The notes: generated from the sequence alone by a model not told the origin. A DNA stretch of 64,000 nt from Octopus bimaculoides (GCF_001194135.2 NC_068999.1:12928337-12992336); one strand, 5' to 3'; positions 27,509 to 42,598 are shown, counted from the stretch's first letter. Made by a program: numbers and translations.

Positions 27509-29229
27509 GTTTTGAAGCATTATTGCTAATAGCTATCACGGCATTTTATTAATAATATCATTATGTATAATGTTTATATAACATTCCCCTTCAACACTTC
27601 CGAATTTATTGTATACATAGCATGGGTAAGCATGACGTCAATGAGAAAGTCATGAAATACGGTACTTTAATATGGCTTTTGTAATAAGTAATTCATCTTT
27701 TTGCTTCTCGTGAGGCCGATAACACATGTGTTTGGTTGTTCACCCATAAATAACCATTCCGGTTTTTACATGTTTTCTCCCTCACCGCTGTAACACTGCC
27801 TCTATTCTCCACGAGTTTTATAATTGAACTGTTCTTATTGAACTGTTCTTTTTGAATTTCCTCGATTACATTACTTTCTTGTAATTTAATGCTTTTCTTC
27901 TTGTGTATGTCGAGATAGACTATATTTTAGCAGCAATGCACTGACACAATTTGCAAGATATAATCTTACTACTCTAGTGATTCAAAGTATGATCTGCTGT
28001 AATCTAACACTATGCATAATACTAATCTACTGTAATACTAAAAAAATACCAATAGTTGTAAGGAGTAGACGAGAAAAAAGAATATAATGAAGACTGGAAA
28101 AACCGCAGACGAAAAGCAATATTTATTAATAAAATTTATTGTATACAGTTCTGTATCTGCCGTCCACAATAACTACTGAATTATGTTTGAGTGAACTATA
28201 CATCCCTACTAATTCGCTCTCGTGTATGTTGGTCTGTTTGTTACATGTAATTATTTAAATTAATATTCAAAGTTCAAGCTTCATACATTACAACCAACAA
28301 CATTTGAAGATGTGGAAAATTTGAGTTAAATTTGTATTTTGTCCTGTTGCTTTTGTCACTCTTTTAGTGCTGCATATATCGTAAATACAGGATTTTCTGT
28401 AATGTAAGAGACGATAGCAATGTAGTGTGCGAATACAATTGAGAAGGACTGTATTTGCCGACCGATTTCTTATCATAGAAACTACTTTGTATTCCATTAT
28501 AACTATATTATGAAGCTGCAGAATTACATAGAATAATAAGGTTTTTGTCCTCAAACAGAGGAAACTAAATATTTCAGCAAGCTATATACAGCAGTTCATT
28601 TGTCAGGAGGCCATACGAACATTACGCATGTGTTTGTATAAATTTTGACTGTGTTAGGTACATGATTGGAAATGTGGACACAATTATTACGTTACAATAT
28701 TCTCCTCGGCAAGATGTACAATCCGAAAACTTTAGGTATTTTGCCCAACATTCTAATGACTCTGCCAATTCGCCGCTCTTCAGTTGATACTTAAGTAGTT
28801 CAACGAATATGCTGAGGAATGGTGATTGCCCTATGCAATGTGTTTATGTTTCTACCGAAGAATACGAAGAGGCACTTGCAAATCCAGTTATGATACATAA
28901 TGCAGGTATTACATAATTTTCAATGACTAGGACTTGAGGATATCCCATATGTTTGAATGATACATCAAGTGTATATGTCCATAACGTCACTAATGCGTGT
29001 CTTTCAAGGGATTGTTGCTGTGTATTGGTCAATAAATAGTCTGTCTAAATAGAAAGTTCTGTATAGAAATCGATTTCTTTAAATCATTTAAGTGCAGCAC
29101 ACAATTATACGCATTATACTTCATTGTGTTATAATGATTTAGCTTAAGGTATAATAGATTTTCTCATAGTAAAATAGGAATATATGTATGTTAGGTGGTA
29201 AGATAATATCTTCAGTTAAAATAATGTGG

Positions 29230-29450
29230 TCTTAAATGGCCCGGTTTCTAATATAACAGATGAGTACATACGACATACAAGGGTATGTCGTACTCCGTAC
29301 AGGCAAAAGAAAAACGCTACGAAGGAGTTGCCGCTGCCTTTCTATCTGCAGTGAAGACGCGACGATACGTAGAAATCAATCTAGAAATGGAAAAGTTGCG
29401 TGTCGGTTCTCGCATTATCTTCGGTGCATCTTCTCGCTACTCCTCGGTTA
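29230..29450 (+). mobile_element. Possible APE-endonuclease remnant of a LINE
   Basis: NITDEYI / DIQGYVVLRTGKRK, then after a frameshift RYEGVAAAFL...EMEKLRV. This resembles the APE motif D.E..I.GY..lR.DR....GGGVA. Short and weak. Confidence 0.3.
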
Positions 29451-31060
29451 TGGTATATATTACATATTGTGCCACAGCACTTATATTGTAAATGTTCCAA
29501 GTTTAAATTTCATAATAAATTACAGCATTGAAAAGCATGCCTGTTTTACAGGTTATTTGAAGATGATATGCATGTCGTCTTCTTGTTTTGTTATGTATTT
29601 GATGTTGCTTGTGAATATATTGTAGAAAATATGGGCACAAGCCAAAATACACTATGCAGGTTCACAAAACACCGACTCAAGACACCAGTATGCGACAGAA
29701 TGTTGAATATCCCCCAAACCAACAATCATCTCCTCTTTCCTTCTTCTCCTTTCGTGATATAAGTTGAAATTAAACTCGGTTAGTATCTACCGTTTAAAAT
29801 CGATGTTTCTTTCGTCACCAACCACTTTATCTACATAAATATTGTTTTCCTTAGTGATTCCATCTTCCATTTGGAGCCATAGTCGCATAGATCTGAATAC
29901 GTGTACATAGCACAGCTTTTGATGTGTACAAAGTTAGACTTTTTTCAAAGTAAGTAAATGCACAATATGCACCTTGAAACTTAGAAAACTTTTTTTTATT
30001 GCTAGCAGTATACATATAATGTCTATGGTTAGAACACGCTAGCAAACGTCAGCAACGTCTACCTCTAATCTAGGAATGAAACGGCTCACACTGTTATAGA
30101 TTATAGAAAACTAGTGATAAACAGGAAAATACTGCAGCAACACACGTATTCATGAATATGACTACGTATGAGTCACTCAGGCCACTCACCCTTTTGGTAA
30201 TACGTGATATTAGCAACGCTGTCATCTTTTGAAGTATTTTAACTGTAAAAAAGTGACCATAAATAAAACTGCATCTCTACTAGATACGTTTAATGAAACG
30301 CACTTTGACGGCACAAGTGCAAGCGATGTTAATAAAAATCAACAACTGGATGATGACGACAACAACATCGTCTATAAAATTTCAGCTAAATTCGTGTAAG
30401 CATTTTGTATGGAGTTGTTATAAACAACAATGCATATTTTGTTGGCGGAATTTGTATTTTTGCGTTCGTCGACATTTACTCGAAACGGAAATATCTAATC
30501 GTCATACATTTATTATAAAAACTGTATTTTCCGAACGATTCGTTCAAGAACAAACTGCTATGTATTGAATAATAACTACATTATGAAGTAACACTAGTAG
30601 ACTGAGAAACATTACGTTTTACTAACAAAGGAAACCCTGAATAGTTCAAAAAGCGACATGAAACAGTTTTCATATGTGAGGAGGCAATAGAAATATTTCG
30701 TATATATTCCGTAGGAAATATTGATTCAGTTATAATTTAATTTCAGCTGTTTTGTATATAAACCACGAGTAACAAGTGAAGACTATTGCATTCAACCTAT
30801 GTTTTACATTAACAAGTAAAAACATTGGCACAGAACAATATATAAAATAGTAAATTTAACTAGAAATAAATACTACTATTATAAAATGTACGGAATATTA
30901 GAAGAAATATGATAGTATTTATCTGACAAAAGAATGGTATTGTGTTTAAGCAAGTTAAAGATGAAATACGAACGTGCCTCAGGAGAAGACAAGTACAGAT
31001 ACACACAAACAGAAACAGAAACACGCACACACATACACGCACACAGACACAGACAGTCAC

Positions 31061-31225
31061 ATGACAACTAATGTGTGATATGCTTACGTCCTTGTAAACT
31101 AGCAGTTCGGCAAAATAAACCGATAGTATAAGTACTCAGCTTACCAAGAGTAAGTTTTGAGGACGAGATCTTCACCTAAAATAACCCTGTAAGGAGGTGC
31201 ACCACCATGGTCAAAAATAGACGAA
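31061..31225 (+). mobile_element. SINE family B, 3' part
   Basis: TTACGTCC.TGTAAACTAGCAGTTCGGCAAAA.AAACCGATAG.ATAAGTACT..GCTTAC.AAGA.TAAG...GGTGC.CCA.CATGG. The ending is shared with 50595-50640 (GCGGTGCTTCAGCATG...AATGACTGAAACAA). It follows a (CA)n tract. Confidence 0.6.
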
Positions 31226-32639
31226 GGAAATAATAGAACTATCTATCTATCTATCTATATATCTATCTATCTATCTATCTAACTATCTATCTATCTATTA
31301 ATTAAATCTGCCATGTGTTAACATGTACCGACGTTCATTTAATCAAGATATCCTTGGACCCCAGAATAGCATGTAGAATACACCTCGCTATAATTTTATA
31401 ATTTTAAACTCTGCATGCCATTGTATTCCGTTAAATAACTTCCTACAGTTTTGTTTTCTAGGATATTTGAAATATTTCAATATAACTTCAGATTCTGCTA
31501 AACAGTTTCTCTTTAAATCTTTTTACTTTGCCTGTAATATTTTGGTTATAGGAAATATATTTGCCTCGGATCTTGTGGAGATTTATACATATAATAGCTG
31601 ATATTAAATTATGTTGGATTCATTTGTTTTATTCATATTGTTTTTATTCATTGTTTTAGTTCTGAAATTACACACACTATTTACATTGCCTCCAGACAGA
31701 AAGAAAATATTTTATGTATGTTTCTGAACCAGTTACTGTTTCCTTTTTGCGTAATATTTAATTGTTCCCATTCAACAGTTTGTGTTTCATAATGCAGTTA
31801 ACGTGCTATGCAAAGCGTTTTCTATTTCAAGAAATCACTCGGAGAATACAGTTCCTCTGCGTAACATCGATGCATCACATTGTGACTGAAATTAGTCAAT
31901 TAACCAATAGAACATTACACTGTGTAATATATGATGAATATATAAAATGAATATTCAATGAAAGTAGCAAATCAAGCGAGAACCTATAAAACTCGTAACA
32001 AAAATCACAAACCATTATGTCTGACGTTCTGACAATACTGGTAAACCATTTTCAAATTAAAAGGAGAAAACAATGTAACCACGCCATGCAAGCCTTTAGA
32101 GATGGTACCAAAAAGCCCATGAGTCAACACGTATTTATTTTAAATTATGCATATTTTAAAATGTATTACGACCCACTCACAAACATTCATAGGCACATAT
32201 ACACATATACACATATACACATGTACACAAATATATTGATGTCTTATGAAGCGTCTTCGTTCATATGTGACCTGACGATTTTCGAAATTCTTCGTTGTTC
32301 TTTATATGTTGTACAATTTAAACAGTGCTAACTGAACGAAAATCGATTAAAGAAAAAACGCATTTGTTTTTAAGCAATGCTTGAATGGACTGCTCAAAAT
32401 ATTTTCGGCCCAAACAAAACAAATATTTCTCTATTATATATATGTAGAGGAGTCAGACATTACTTCAAAACACCAACACGATTGAAAACAAAATCAGAGG
32501 AAAAAGAGATTACATTTTATTACAACACATTTCTCTGAATTCTCTGAGATAGAAAGAGAGGATTCTGATTTTTTAAAATAATCTTACCATTGCTCTTATT
32601 GACATTGAAATAATCTTACCATTTCTATCATCGAAATTG

Positions 32640-33650
32640 AGACACTGGGGAGTACCAGCGACTGAAATACTCCAGGGATAGAAAAGGTCCCCAATTTCTG
32701 GTTGGAACACCCCATGAGTACTCACAATCACTTAGTGGTAGCGTTCAATTTATTGATATGTGAACCAGATTCTACCCCAGACTGGATGCTGGAAGAGCAA
32801 ACCATCCTAATTCCAAACGAAGGAAGTCACTGTACACCCACCAAATTAAAGACGAATAATATGGCTATCAACATACTACAAAACACTTGCATCATTCATC
32901 TATAACCGGCTTATAAATCACCTGGAAAATAACAATGTCATACACAAAGAAGAAAAAGGGTGCCTCAGAGGGATGTATGGTTGTAAGGAGCCACATCTGA
33001 TAAACTGAGCAATTATAGAATGTAAGAGGAAAAAGACGAATCTGAAAACGACTTGGATTGATTACCAGAAGGCATTCGACAGTGTTTCACACTCATGGGT
33101 ACTCGAATCTGCCCACACAAATAAGGTAGCCTCACCAATACTAAAGTATATCAAACATGCAATAGCATGTATAACACTAAAAGTATAACACTAAAAATGA
33201 CTCACAAGGTATTAAGATATAGCCTATACCCATAATAAGACGACTTTTCGAGGGAGAATCACCGGTCACTCCTCTTTTTCTGTCTTTCTCTGACCCCGCT
33301 CACAAACTTGCTAAACGAAATCACCATAGACTATAGATGCTACGGGCAAAAATACATTACCTATACATGGATGACTTTAAACCTTAGCTAAGTGCACCAT
33401 GGAAGAGAGAAACCTCATCAAAGTGGTTCGGATTTCCAGGAATAATGTCTGAATGAGCATGGGCCACACTAAGAAGAGACAAATTATTCAACACTGAAAA
33501 CTCTGCAATCGTCATAAACAGAAAACTTAGAGAATTACATCACAACCGCCCATACAAATTTCTAGGAATAGACAAACCAGCTAAAATACAACACACAGAA
33601 ATGAAAAAGAAAATTAGGAGAGGATATTACAGAAGAGTTAGGCTACACTG
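32640..33650 (+). mobile_element. R4/Dong-clade non-LTR retrotransposon, RT core, decayed
   Basis: TPGIEKVPNFWL, PDWMLEEQTILIP, EEKGCLRGMYGCKE, WIDYQKAFDSVSHSW (33054), IRRLFEGESPVTPLF, LYMDDFK, YKFLGI and EMKKKIRRGYYRRVR occur in RT domain order, with stops and frameshifts. Confidence 0.92.
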
Positions 33651-36022
33651 TTTACGTTACTTACATTTGACGGCTATTTTTCCTCATCTTGCTTGTTCTT
33701 AACATAACGTTTCGGTTCAAAGAATTCGTGATGAAATGAAAAGCAACGTTATCAACAGGAAGACCAGCAACGGAATGAACTACGGTTAATTCCTGATAAA
33801 ATTGAATTGTTATACATCGGATAAATATTTTGTTATTGAAAATGTATTTAATTGTGGGAGGCTAAGTAAGTAACTAGAACTTCAGTTTTTCCTTGATGTG
33901 GATTTGACGTATGAAATACAGCAATCACTAACGGAATGCGAAGAAGAAATGCAAAATCAATCACCAGATTTTACTAGACAAAATTCAAAGAATTTTGGGA
34001 TGTAACACTTTCCACATTTAACTGCTAGTGCAACACATAGTATTTTTTCCTACGGTACGTATGCGCTGCATCTATGTGTGTTTCACTGTGTGCACTTTAA
34101 TGTGTCTATATTTAGACCAGACTCTGTTGCTCCTACACCTACATACATAGCCGTCAATTTGAAAACTAACATATCACTTAGAACGTTACAATGCATTACA
34201 GTGATAAAGAGCTGCTACTTTAAGAGTTTTACCTAAAATATTAGAGAAAACTTCATAACGCTATATATAGTGATTCCTATAATATATTTCTAGTAAACAT
34301 CTCGTAACAATAAAATGTCGCCATTTTAAAAATCATTACGATATTGAGAAATAATGAAATGTTTGCAAAGTATAGATTATACAGTGCACACTCTAATGGA
34401 CCATCACAGACAAGTGATTGAGTCATAAATTGGTATTTATTTGTGTATAAATTTCTGTTGACCTCATTTTACTTGAAGTAATTTTGCTTCGACAGTACTT
34501 AGTTTTCCGTCAGCTATTACATTGCTTCTTCACGGTCATGGCTTCAACGAAGGATTTTCTAGCTTATCTTACGTGGTTTTCATTTAATAAGTTCTTTTTT
34601 CTCCGTTTCCTTCAAATTGACTGACAAAGAGGAAGCAATGAACACGGGGTTAATCTGCAATTTGAACTGAAGGAGATTATTCAGAAAATTGTGAAGAATA
34701 TTAATGCAGCTTTTGTTTTCTAGTAATATTTATTTTCTTTATATTCTTTTGTTTTATGATATTCCATACACACATTGTTTCTCTAAATATTGATTATATT
34801 TCAAGACTTGGCCGATATTTATTGTAAATGATATATTCTCGGTATTATTACTAATATACCGAACGTAGTATATTAACAGTACATATTATGTCGATTGTGT
34901 ATAACTGAAGTGGAAAATCAACCCAGGCGCAAATTCTACAAAGAGAGGTGTGACATTAAATTAGTGAATCTGAAACATTTAAAAATGATTTTCACCCTTT
35001 TGATCCGTTATCTCCAGTTCAATGGTTGTGATAACATTGATCTTTAACTTCAGCAAACAGCTAAACATTTGTAAGAATATGAATATAATCGATAGAATCG
35101 CCTCCAATATATTGCTGATAATTATTTAATTACTGTAACAAACGCAACAAGGTTAATAATAAAAGAGAATGCTGGTGTAATTTTAAAGTATTAGTTTAAT
35201 GTATGTTACTGAATTCAGCAAACAATATAGTGATGCTTTCTATTTTTTTTTCCAAAATCACTAAAATTATACTCATGAAAATATTTGGAAGGTTTATGTT
35301 TATTATGATCGTTCGTGGATAGACTACTGTAGGGAGGCGCATCATCCCCAATATGTTGATATTAGTGAAAGTTATCGATTTTGCAGGTATAAAAAGAATT
35401 TAAGATATAAAATATATTACAAGTGTTTAAAAAAAATGAAAACATTAGTATCACCCTCATTCATAATGGAAGATAGTCCTTATATCTCACACGGACAAAA
35501 TAACAATTACCCACCTATATATCATACGTGATATATACTTGAGTAATTTAACAAACGGTGAGGCTCAAAATAGTGGAAAGACACTGTACAAGCAAATATA
35601 CATGCCTCGTTTCATATTCAACTCCTAAGGAATTCACCGAACAGGCTTGTATAAACAGACAACAGTCTCTCATATTTCATATGAGGAAATTAACACTGCC
35701 TTGTTTCATACCCTTAAAAACATGAAATGCTTTGTATTTCTATTATTTTGCAGTGCCTTATCGGTGAAGAACAAATAGGTGTTCCTGCTTAATTCATAAA
35801 TTAAAATGTACAGAATAAATTAATATTAGTTTCTATATTGCTTATATTTTATACACTAAGGGATATCTACATTTGTTGCGAAAAATGTAATTAAACTGTC
35901 CGATTTAATCGAACAATTTGCATGTCAAGGATATTAAGACGCTATGTTAAGTTAACCGTTTTTAATCAACGTGAAGTGAATTTTGATAACTGATGTCACA
36001 TTTTAACAATGGTATTGAAGAA

Positions 36023-36076
36023 TATTATTATTATTATTATTATCATCATCATCATTATTGTTATTATTATTACTAA

Positions 36077-36136
<60 letters not shown>

Positions 36137-36222
36137 CATTATTATTATTATTATTATTATTATCATTGTTGTTGTTGTTTTTGTTATTATTATTATTATT
36201 ACTATTATTATTATTATTCTCT
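36023..36222. repeat. (ATT)n microsatellite
   Basis: Directly visible; it explains the poly-I and poly-L ORFs. Similar tracts lie at 17783-17818 and 41820-41910. Confidence 0.97.
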
Positions 36223-39200
36223 ATTAATAATCGTGTCCCCGATAATGATATTTATGGAAGACCTTTTTCAAACTGTCAATTAATTGGAATATTTGAAATA
36301 TGCAAGCCATAAAAAATAATTGCTGGGAATGTATCATATCTCAAACCCTCTATTTCGTGACAAGAGTATACCTAATGATTAGTCGTAAAAGGTCAGCTGT
36401 TAATCGGTCATTATGTCCAGCGGGAATTATTGACACAATATATTATAAACAACCGAGTAATTAATGCAAATTCCGATAGTTAATCCTAACAATGTTTCTT
36501 TGTAAACATTTCACAACTATCTATCTATAGCGAATATTAATTTTCAGTTCGATCGATTACCTGATTCTGCGTCGAAAGTATTAAAATTACAAACTTTAAC
36601 GTTTGGGGGATCTTTAAAGCATAACTTACTGAAAACTATGAATAAGTTTAACAAATATACTACTGCTAATATCCCATACACATTTCTATATTCACTTATT
36701 TTATTACTGTCAATCAGTCAGTCCAAAACCTTCTGAAATTATCTGCAAGAAACAACATGAGTTTTAGAAATAGCTAATAAAACACTTTGTGGAAGAGAAC
36801 ATAAACAAAAGTTTCTTAGTTATTTTATTGTTTCAGTTGCCTATAACTGAGACAGTTGTGCTCTCAACTACCCAATAAATATAGATTCGAAGTTCAACCA
36901 GCAACATACTTTGGCTCGAGTTACAACTGGCTACAGAAATTGTTCACCTTCTCACACTTCACTAACTCAAATCAACACACTTTCAAATACTTCGGAAAAT
37001 ATTCTTCATCATATTACGCACGAATTCTTCTTATAAATTCTGTCCTTTCCTGTGATCAATGTCTTTGTGCGAGTACTTTACATTGCAAACAGCTTGCAAA
37101 TGTATTATTTCTAGTGCTGGAAGGCATTTATTGGTGAACTGTTATTTGCATTCAGCATAACAGTATCCACTTTGTTTTCATTGACTGCACAAGTAATGCA
37201 GTCGTCCACATAATTTTAAATTGCTAACATGCACACAATTGTAAAGATTACCAATAAAGATATCGAAAAAAAAATCTTTGCTAAATTATCTTATCCTTCA
37301 ATAGAATATTCATCGATGATATCCGTGTTAATTACATTTGGTGTGTTTTCTATGTCTGACAGGATGAATGAGAAATTTCAACATTTGCTTAATTATATTA
37401 CGTAACAAATTAATATAATGATTTCGTTTCTTTCGTACAGGTGACACCTGGGGCATTTCGCTGAAGGCTACGTGAAATAAAACCGTTTATTTCTTAATGA
37501 TATTCATCAATTCTTTGGTCTTGAATGATGTTGGTGATAGAATTGGAAGTAGGGCTGGGAATTGACAACTTCTCTTAGGAAAAATCCAGACGGATAGTTG
37601 AAGCTATCCTTGCACGTTACAGTCTTTAATTTTCTATACATAGAATTTGTGATTAATAACAGCTTTTACTATTTCTCAATGAAGAGAAAACTACCGTTTT
37701 CAGCGATAAAGTATTATATGCCGTTTACATAATTGTGTTCTGTAATGATCTCAAAAGTAACCGAAATATGGAGTTAGGAAATAGGGCTCCAACTTGAATG
37801 GAATTGATATTGGAAAAATGTTATGCAAGCAATCACCCAACACGTTGAATTAAAGGTGTTGCTTTTAATAACAAAATTAAATAACGTTGAAAAATAGCTG
37901 TTACCAATTATCGGCAGACTCATTATCAGCTGGATTAACGTCTTCATAATGATAATTACCATAATCATCACGTGTAGCATCGGCATCATTGAGGGCGTCA
38001 TGATATTCAATGTTATATTCATTTAATGTTCCGTTTAAATTTATATTCATGCATGAAAAAGTTCTTTTTCTTAGATAATTTCTGCAGTGTAAGTGAGTAA
38101 ACCTAGGTCACGTCCTCAGTTTTGTTATCATTTCTCATTATATTATGAAATTATAATCATGGTTTGAGATGGCAAATTGACAGCAAAATGCAGGGAATAC
38201 GAAATATAACTTTCGTTATTCACATATTTTGCCAAGTCGTGTTCTTTGAATAGTATTACATAAAAAAGGAAAACGTTGCTTGATCTGCCGAGTTACCTCC
38301 CATAACGTAATTCTGCGATATATAAAAACGTGTTAAAGGCAAAATAAATTTTAAAGTATAATTGAGAAAAACCAGTAATCTAAAAGATGAATATTCAAAG
38401 AGGTTGTCATTTCGAATCTCTATTTACCGTAAATCAAGCTTCATCCGTTAATTCGTTGCAGAAGACCACACACGGGAGCGATGTTACATAGAAACTAGAA
38501 ACTGACCCCTCCTTGTAGATGAATTTAAATTGTTTAACGCATATAATATCGAACGGCAAAAACATATATTCAAGCGAATCATAGTAATCAATAAGCGATT
38601 ACATAATTGTGCCAAGGAAATGGATAATGAAGTATAACTGAGAATGATAAATTATGCGTAGACACCAAGAAACGTATTAGACTGCGACTTCAGATATAAA
38701 TACATTATTGTAAAACTGATCAAATGTAACATAAATACGCGGTTGAATAATAACACGTACTACACTAAAGTAAGGCTAATATTAAATATTGAACTTCATG
38801 TTAAATGTATGGTAATATATATAACTACAATTATTTCATTCGTGCATCAGAATCTCTGTAAAACATGCATCTAAAAAGGGAGGAGGTGTTGTGATATGTC
38901 TGAATGTAGAGCGCCGAAAACGATATAATTCGATCAAGATTGACATGAAAATAAATACGTTTCCCGAAACAAAATATAAATATATTTAAATTATATTTCA
39001 TATAATTCACAAAATGAAGGGCATCTAAGAAAATATACTTAATGCGGGAAAGTATGTTCTCGTATATTAGTGGGACTATAGCCAAAACGGTGTCCCTTGA
39101 TATAGGTATTGTGTTATAAATAGCAGCTAATTACTTATACTCCATATTACGGTAGAAAATACAGTGAGGGATACCAAAGTTTCCTTATGCACAAGCATTT

Positions 39201-41846
39201 GAAATTGGAAAGAGAAACAGATTCCCTAAAACACTGAATATATATAAACGTTTTCAAGTGCAGAGAACTAAAGAATTAGAGGCTGAATAAAAGAGAAACA
39301 TATGTTTTGAGGAAAACGTTAATTCAATACGATGAGATTAAATAGAGCAAATGTATGTAGAAGGAATAGTAGTGATTGAAAATAATAGAAGGCGGTGAGA
39401 ATATATTTGAATGCAAAAGGTCAGAACGCGTCAACACATTATAACGTAACAAATGAGAGCGTTGTGTGCACACATCTCAAGCGTTTCCAATAACCTCGCC
39501 ACAAAGCCAACAACGTGAAACACCAACAGTATTTTCTCCAACAAGGAAACATAATCTCTGAAACGCTAAAAGTTTTAATTCCCAAAATCAAAAACAGGGT
39601 CGTTATTATCCCTAAACTTAACTGTTGAGATTTTTCTCTCATTTTCCATTATAGATTGCCTTAAGTACAACATTCATGTAAAGATAAAAATGAACCAATT
39701 CGTAAAATTTTATAGGACGAAGATTTCTTCAACTATCACGAAAATGAATTAATACAGGTGTTTAAAAGAAAGGAAATAGACGGTATTTCCGCTGCTGCTC
39801 AAGCTGAGAAAATGATTACATTGCGTGTACTTCGGTAGGATACGCACGCAGAAGAATACATTACGTTAGGGTGGGTTTGAGGTAAATTGAAAGTCGCAGC
39901 TTGCGCCCTATTAGATTTCATTCCGATACATTTCTCCAAAAAGACAGTCCTTTGCAAAATTGCTCGCGCTATACACTCAGTGTTTGTGGATTCCGGCCTT
40001 TCGGGTATGAATGCAGATATACGTTCACAGAAATTATCCTGCATCTCACATTCCGTTTACAGAAGGTATTTCATGCGCGGAATAATTTACGAAGCACAGT
40101 GTTTGATGCTGTGGAAGTCGTGTTCTGTCAGTTATTCAAAATATTGAGGACAGGAATACTCTAGTCTGGGAATTTATGAAAAAAAGAAACTGTGATGCAG
40201 AATAAGAATTGAAAGAAAGAAGTGACAATACAAGAAAATAAATATTAAGACGATGATGCTATTTTTATAGTTACAAAGATGATTAACAAAAAATAAACAT
40301 CACCTGGAGACACATGATAAATCTTCTGTCATAACTATAATAGAAGACATTATTAGTGGTGTTGTTTGTGTTGATGATAATGATAACGATGCTGATGATG
40401 ACGATGACGACGGTAATGATGATGGTGTCGATATCAAGTGGATGATATTTATGATTGGGATGAATTTGATGATGACCATCTTGTTACAGCTTATGAAAAT
40501 AACGATACTAACACAGACTTCACATCAACATCGGTGATGACAAAATTGAGGAAAGAAAAGAAAGAAAACAACGTCATTTGAGTTAAGAGAAATACTATTA
40601 TTATTATTATTATTATATTATGTTTGACTTTTGTTTTGCATTTGTACAGGTCGGATCCAAGTCTCACCCAGAGACCTCAAGAGACAACAAGTTAGAAGTT
40701 CATGTAGGTGTTATGCCTAGGGTACCATATATTTGGATTTGTACAGTTTTGTTCAAGTGAATGTTTAAGAAACCATTAAGAAAATTATGTGTTTGCTTTA
40801 AAATTTGAGATCACATAGACAGTATTTTACGTAGGATATGGGCAGTTCCCATGAGCACNNNNNNNNNNNNNNNNNNNNNNNNNNNNNNNNNNNNNNNNNN
40901 NNNNNNNNNNNNNNNNNNNNNNNNNNNNNNNNNNNNNNNNNNNNNNNNNNNNNNNNNNNNNNNNNNNNNNNNNNNNNNNNNNNNNNNNNNNNNNNNNNNN
41001 NNNNNNNNNNNNNNNNNNNNNNNNNNNNNNNNNNNNNNNNNNNNNNNNNNNNNNNNNNNNNNNNNNNNNNNNNNNNNNNNNNNNNNNNNNNNNNNNNNNN
41101 NNNNNNNNNNNNNNNNNNNNNNNNNNNNNNNNNNNNNNNNNNNNNNNNNNNNNNNNNNNNNNNNNNNNNNNNNNNNNNNNNNNNNNNNNNNNNNNNNNNN
41201 NNNNNNNNNNNNNNNNNNNNNNNNNNNNNNNNNNNNNNNNNNNNNNNNNNNNNNNNNNNNNNNNNNNNNNNNNNNNNNNNNNNNNNNNNNNNNNNNNNNN
41301 NNNNNNNNNNNNNNNNNNNNNNNNNNNNNNNNNNNNNNNNNNNNNNNNNNNNNNNNNNNNNNNNNNNNNNNNNNNNNNNNNNNNNNNNNNNNNNNNNNNN
41401 NNNNNNNNNNNNNNNNNNNNNNNNNNNNNNNNNNNNNNNNNNNNNNNNNNNNNNNNNNNNNNNNNNNNNNNNNNNNNNNNNNNNNNNNNNNNNNNNNNNN
41501 NNNNNNNNNNNNNNNNNNNNNNNNNNNNNNNNNNNNNNNNNNNNNNNNNNNNNNNNNNNNNNNNNNNNNNNNNNNNNNNNNNNNNNNNNNNNNNNNNNNN
41601 NNNNNNNNNNNNNNNNNNNNNNNNNNNNNNNNNNNNNNNNNNNNNNNNNNNNNNNNNNNNNNNNNNNNNNNNNNNNNNNNNNNNNNNNNNNNNNNNNNNN
41701 NNNNNNNNNNNNNNNNNNNNNNNNNNNNNNNNNNNNNNNNNNNNNNNNNNNNNNNNNNNNNNNNNNNNNNNNNNNNNNNNNNNNNNNNNNNNNNNNNNNN
41801 NNNNNNNNNNNNNNCAGTATTACTATTATTTGTTTTCTTCTTCTAC

Positions 41847-41891
<45 letters not shown>

Positions 41892-42598
41892 GTAGTAGTA
41901 GTAGTAGTATTCATTGCTAATACATTTTATGCACCTTCATTATTTGAGCGTAGCTAGTAAGATGATGAAGATTACGACCACAAATTATTGTGGATGAATT
42001 TGAGGAGTGGAAGGTTGATCAGAATGACAGCACCGATCACGATATTGTCAGTGGAATGGCGTTAATAACCATGATCTGGAACTGCATATTTCCGTGATAA
42101 TTCACTCCTCAAATACAGATTTTGAGAGTATATACACAAGAAGGACACTTTACGCAGGTCATACGATATTAACGAAATTTCATGAAGCCTATGTTTCAAA
42201 AAGGAGACGGAAAAGTAATAGATCGTATCAAATCATATTATAACTATAGAACTATATCCTGTTGCATATTCACATAAAAGAACAACAAAACCATATGAAG
42301 ATATTTTCTTAGCGATGACGTAAAAGTTACACAGCTACATTACAGACAGCTCCATAACTTTTTAGGCATGCATATATATGCACGTGTGCGTTTCTATGTT
42401 CCTGTATATCTGTGTATATGAATATGAATATTATTTTTTTATTATTCTATGCTTCCATTGCATAATGTAATGGCGAATGTACAATACTTTAAAGAATAAC
42501 ATTGGACAGGTAGAGTATGTATATGGTTAATAGATTTCTATAAAATAAATGGTAGCGGCGTCTCCTCAAAGAGAGAAATGGAGACCAAACCTGACATG

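Noticed and set aside
29269-29292. 10-bp hairpin TACGACATAC-AAGG-GTATGTCGTA
   Set aside because: Short and isolated, inside a probable LINE remnant. No functional context.
27824-33195. Short 14-16 bp tandem duplications (about 27825, 31625, 32580, 33165)
   Set aside because: Ordinary slippage duplications with two copies each. There is no repeat-spacer array, so not CRISPR-like.
35263-35532. About 90-codon stop-free frame (IWKVYVYYDRSWIDYCRE...)
   Set aside because: No recognisable domain or clean splice pair. A few frames of this length are expected by chance.
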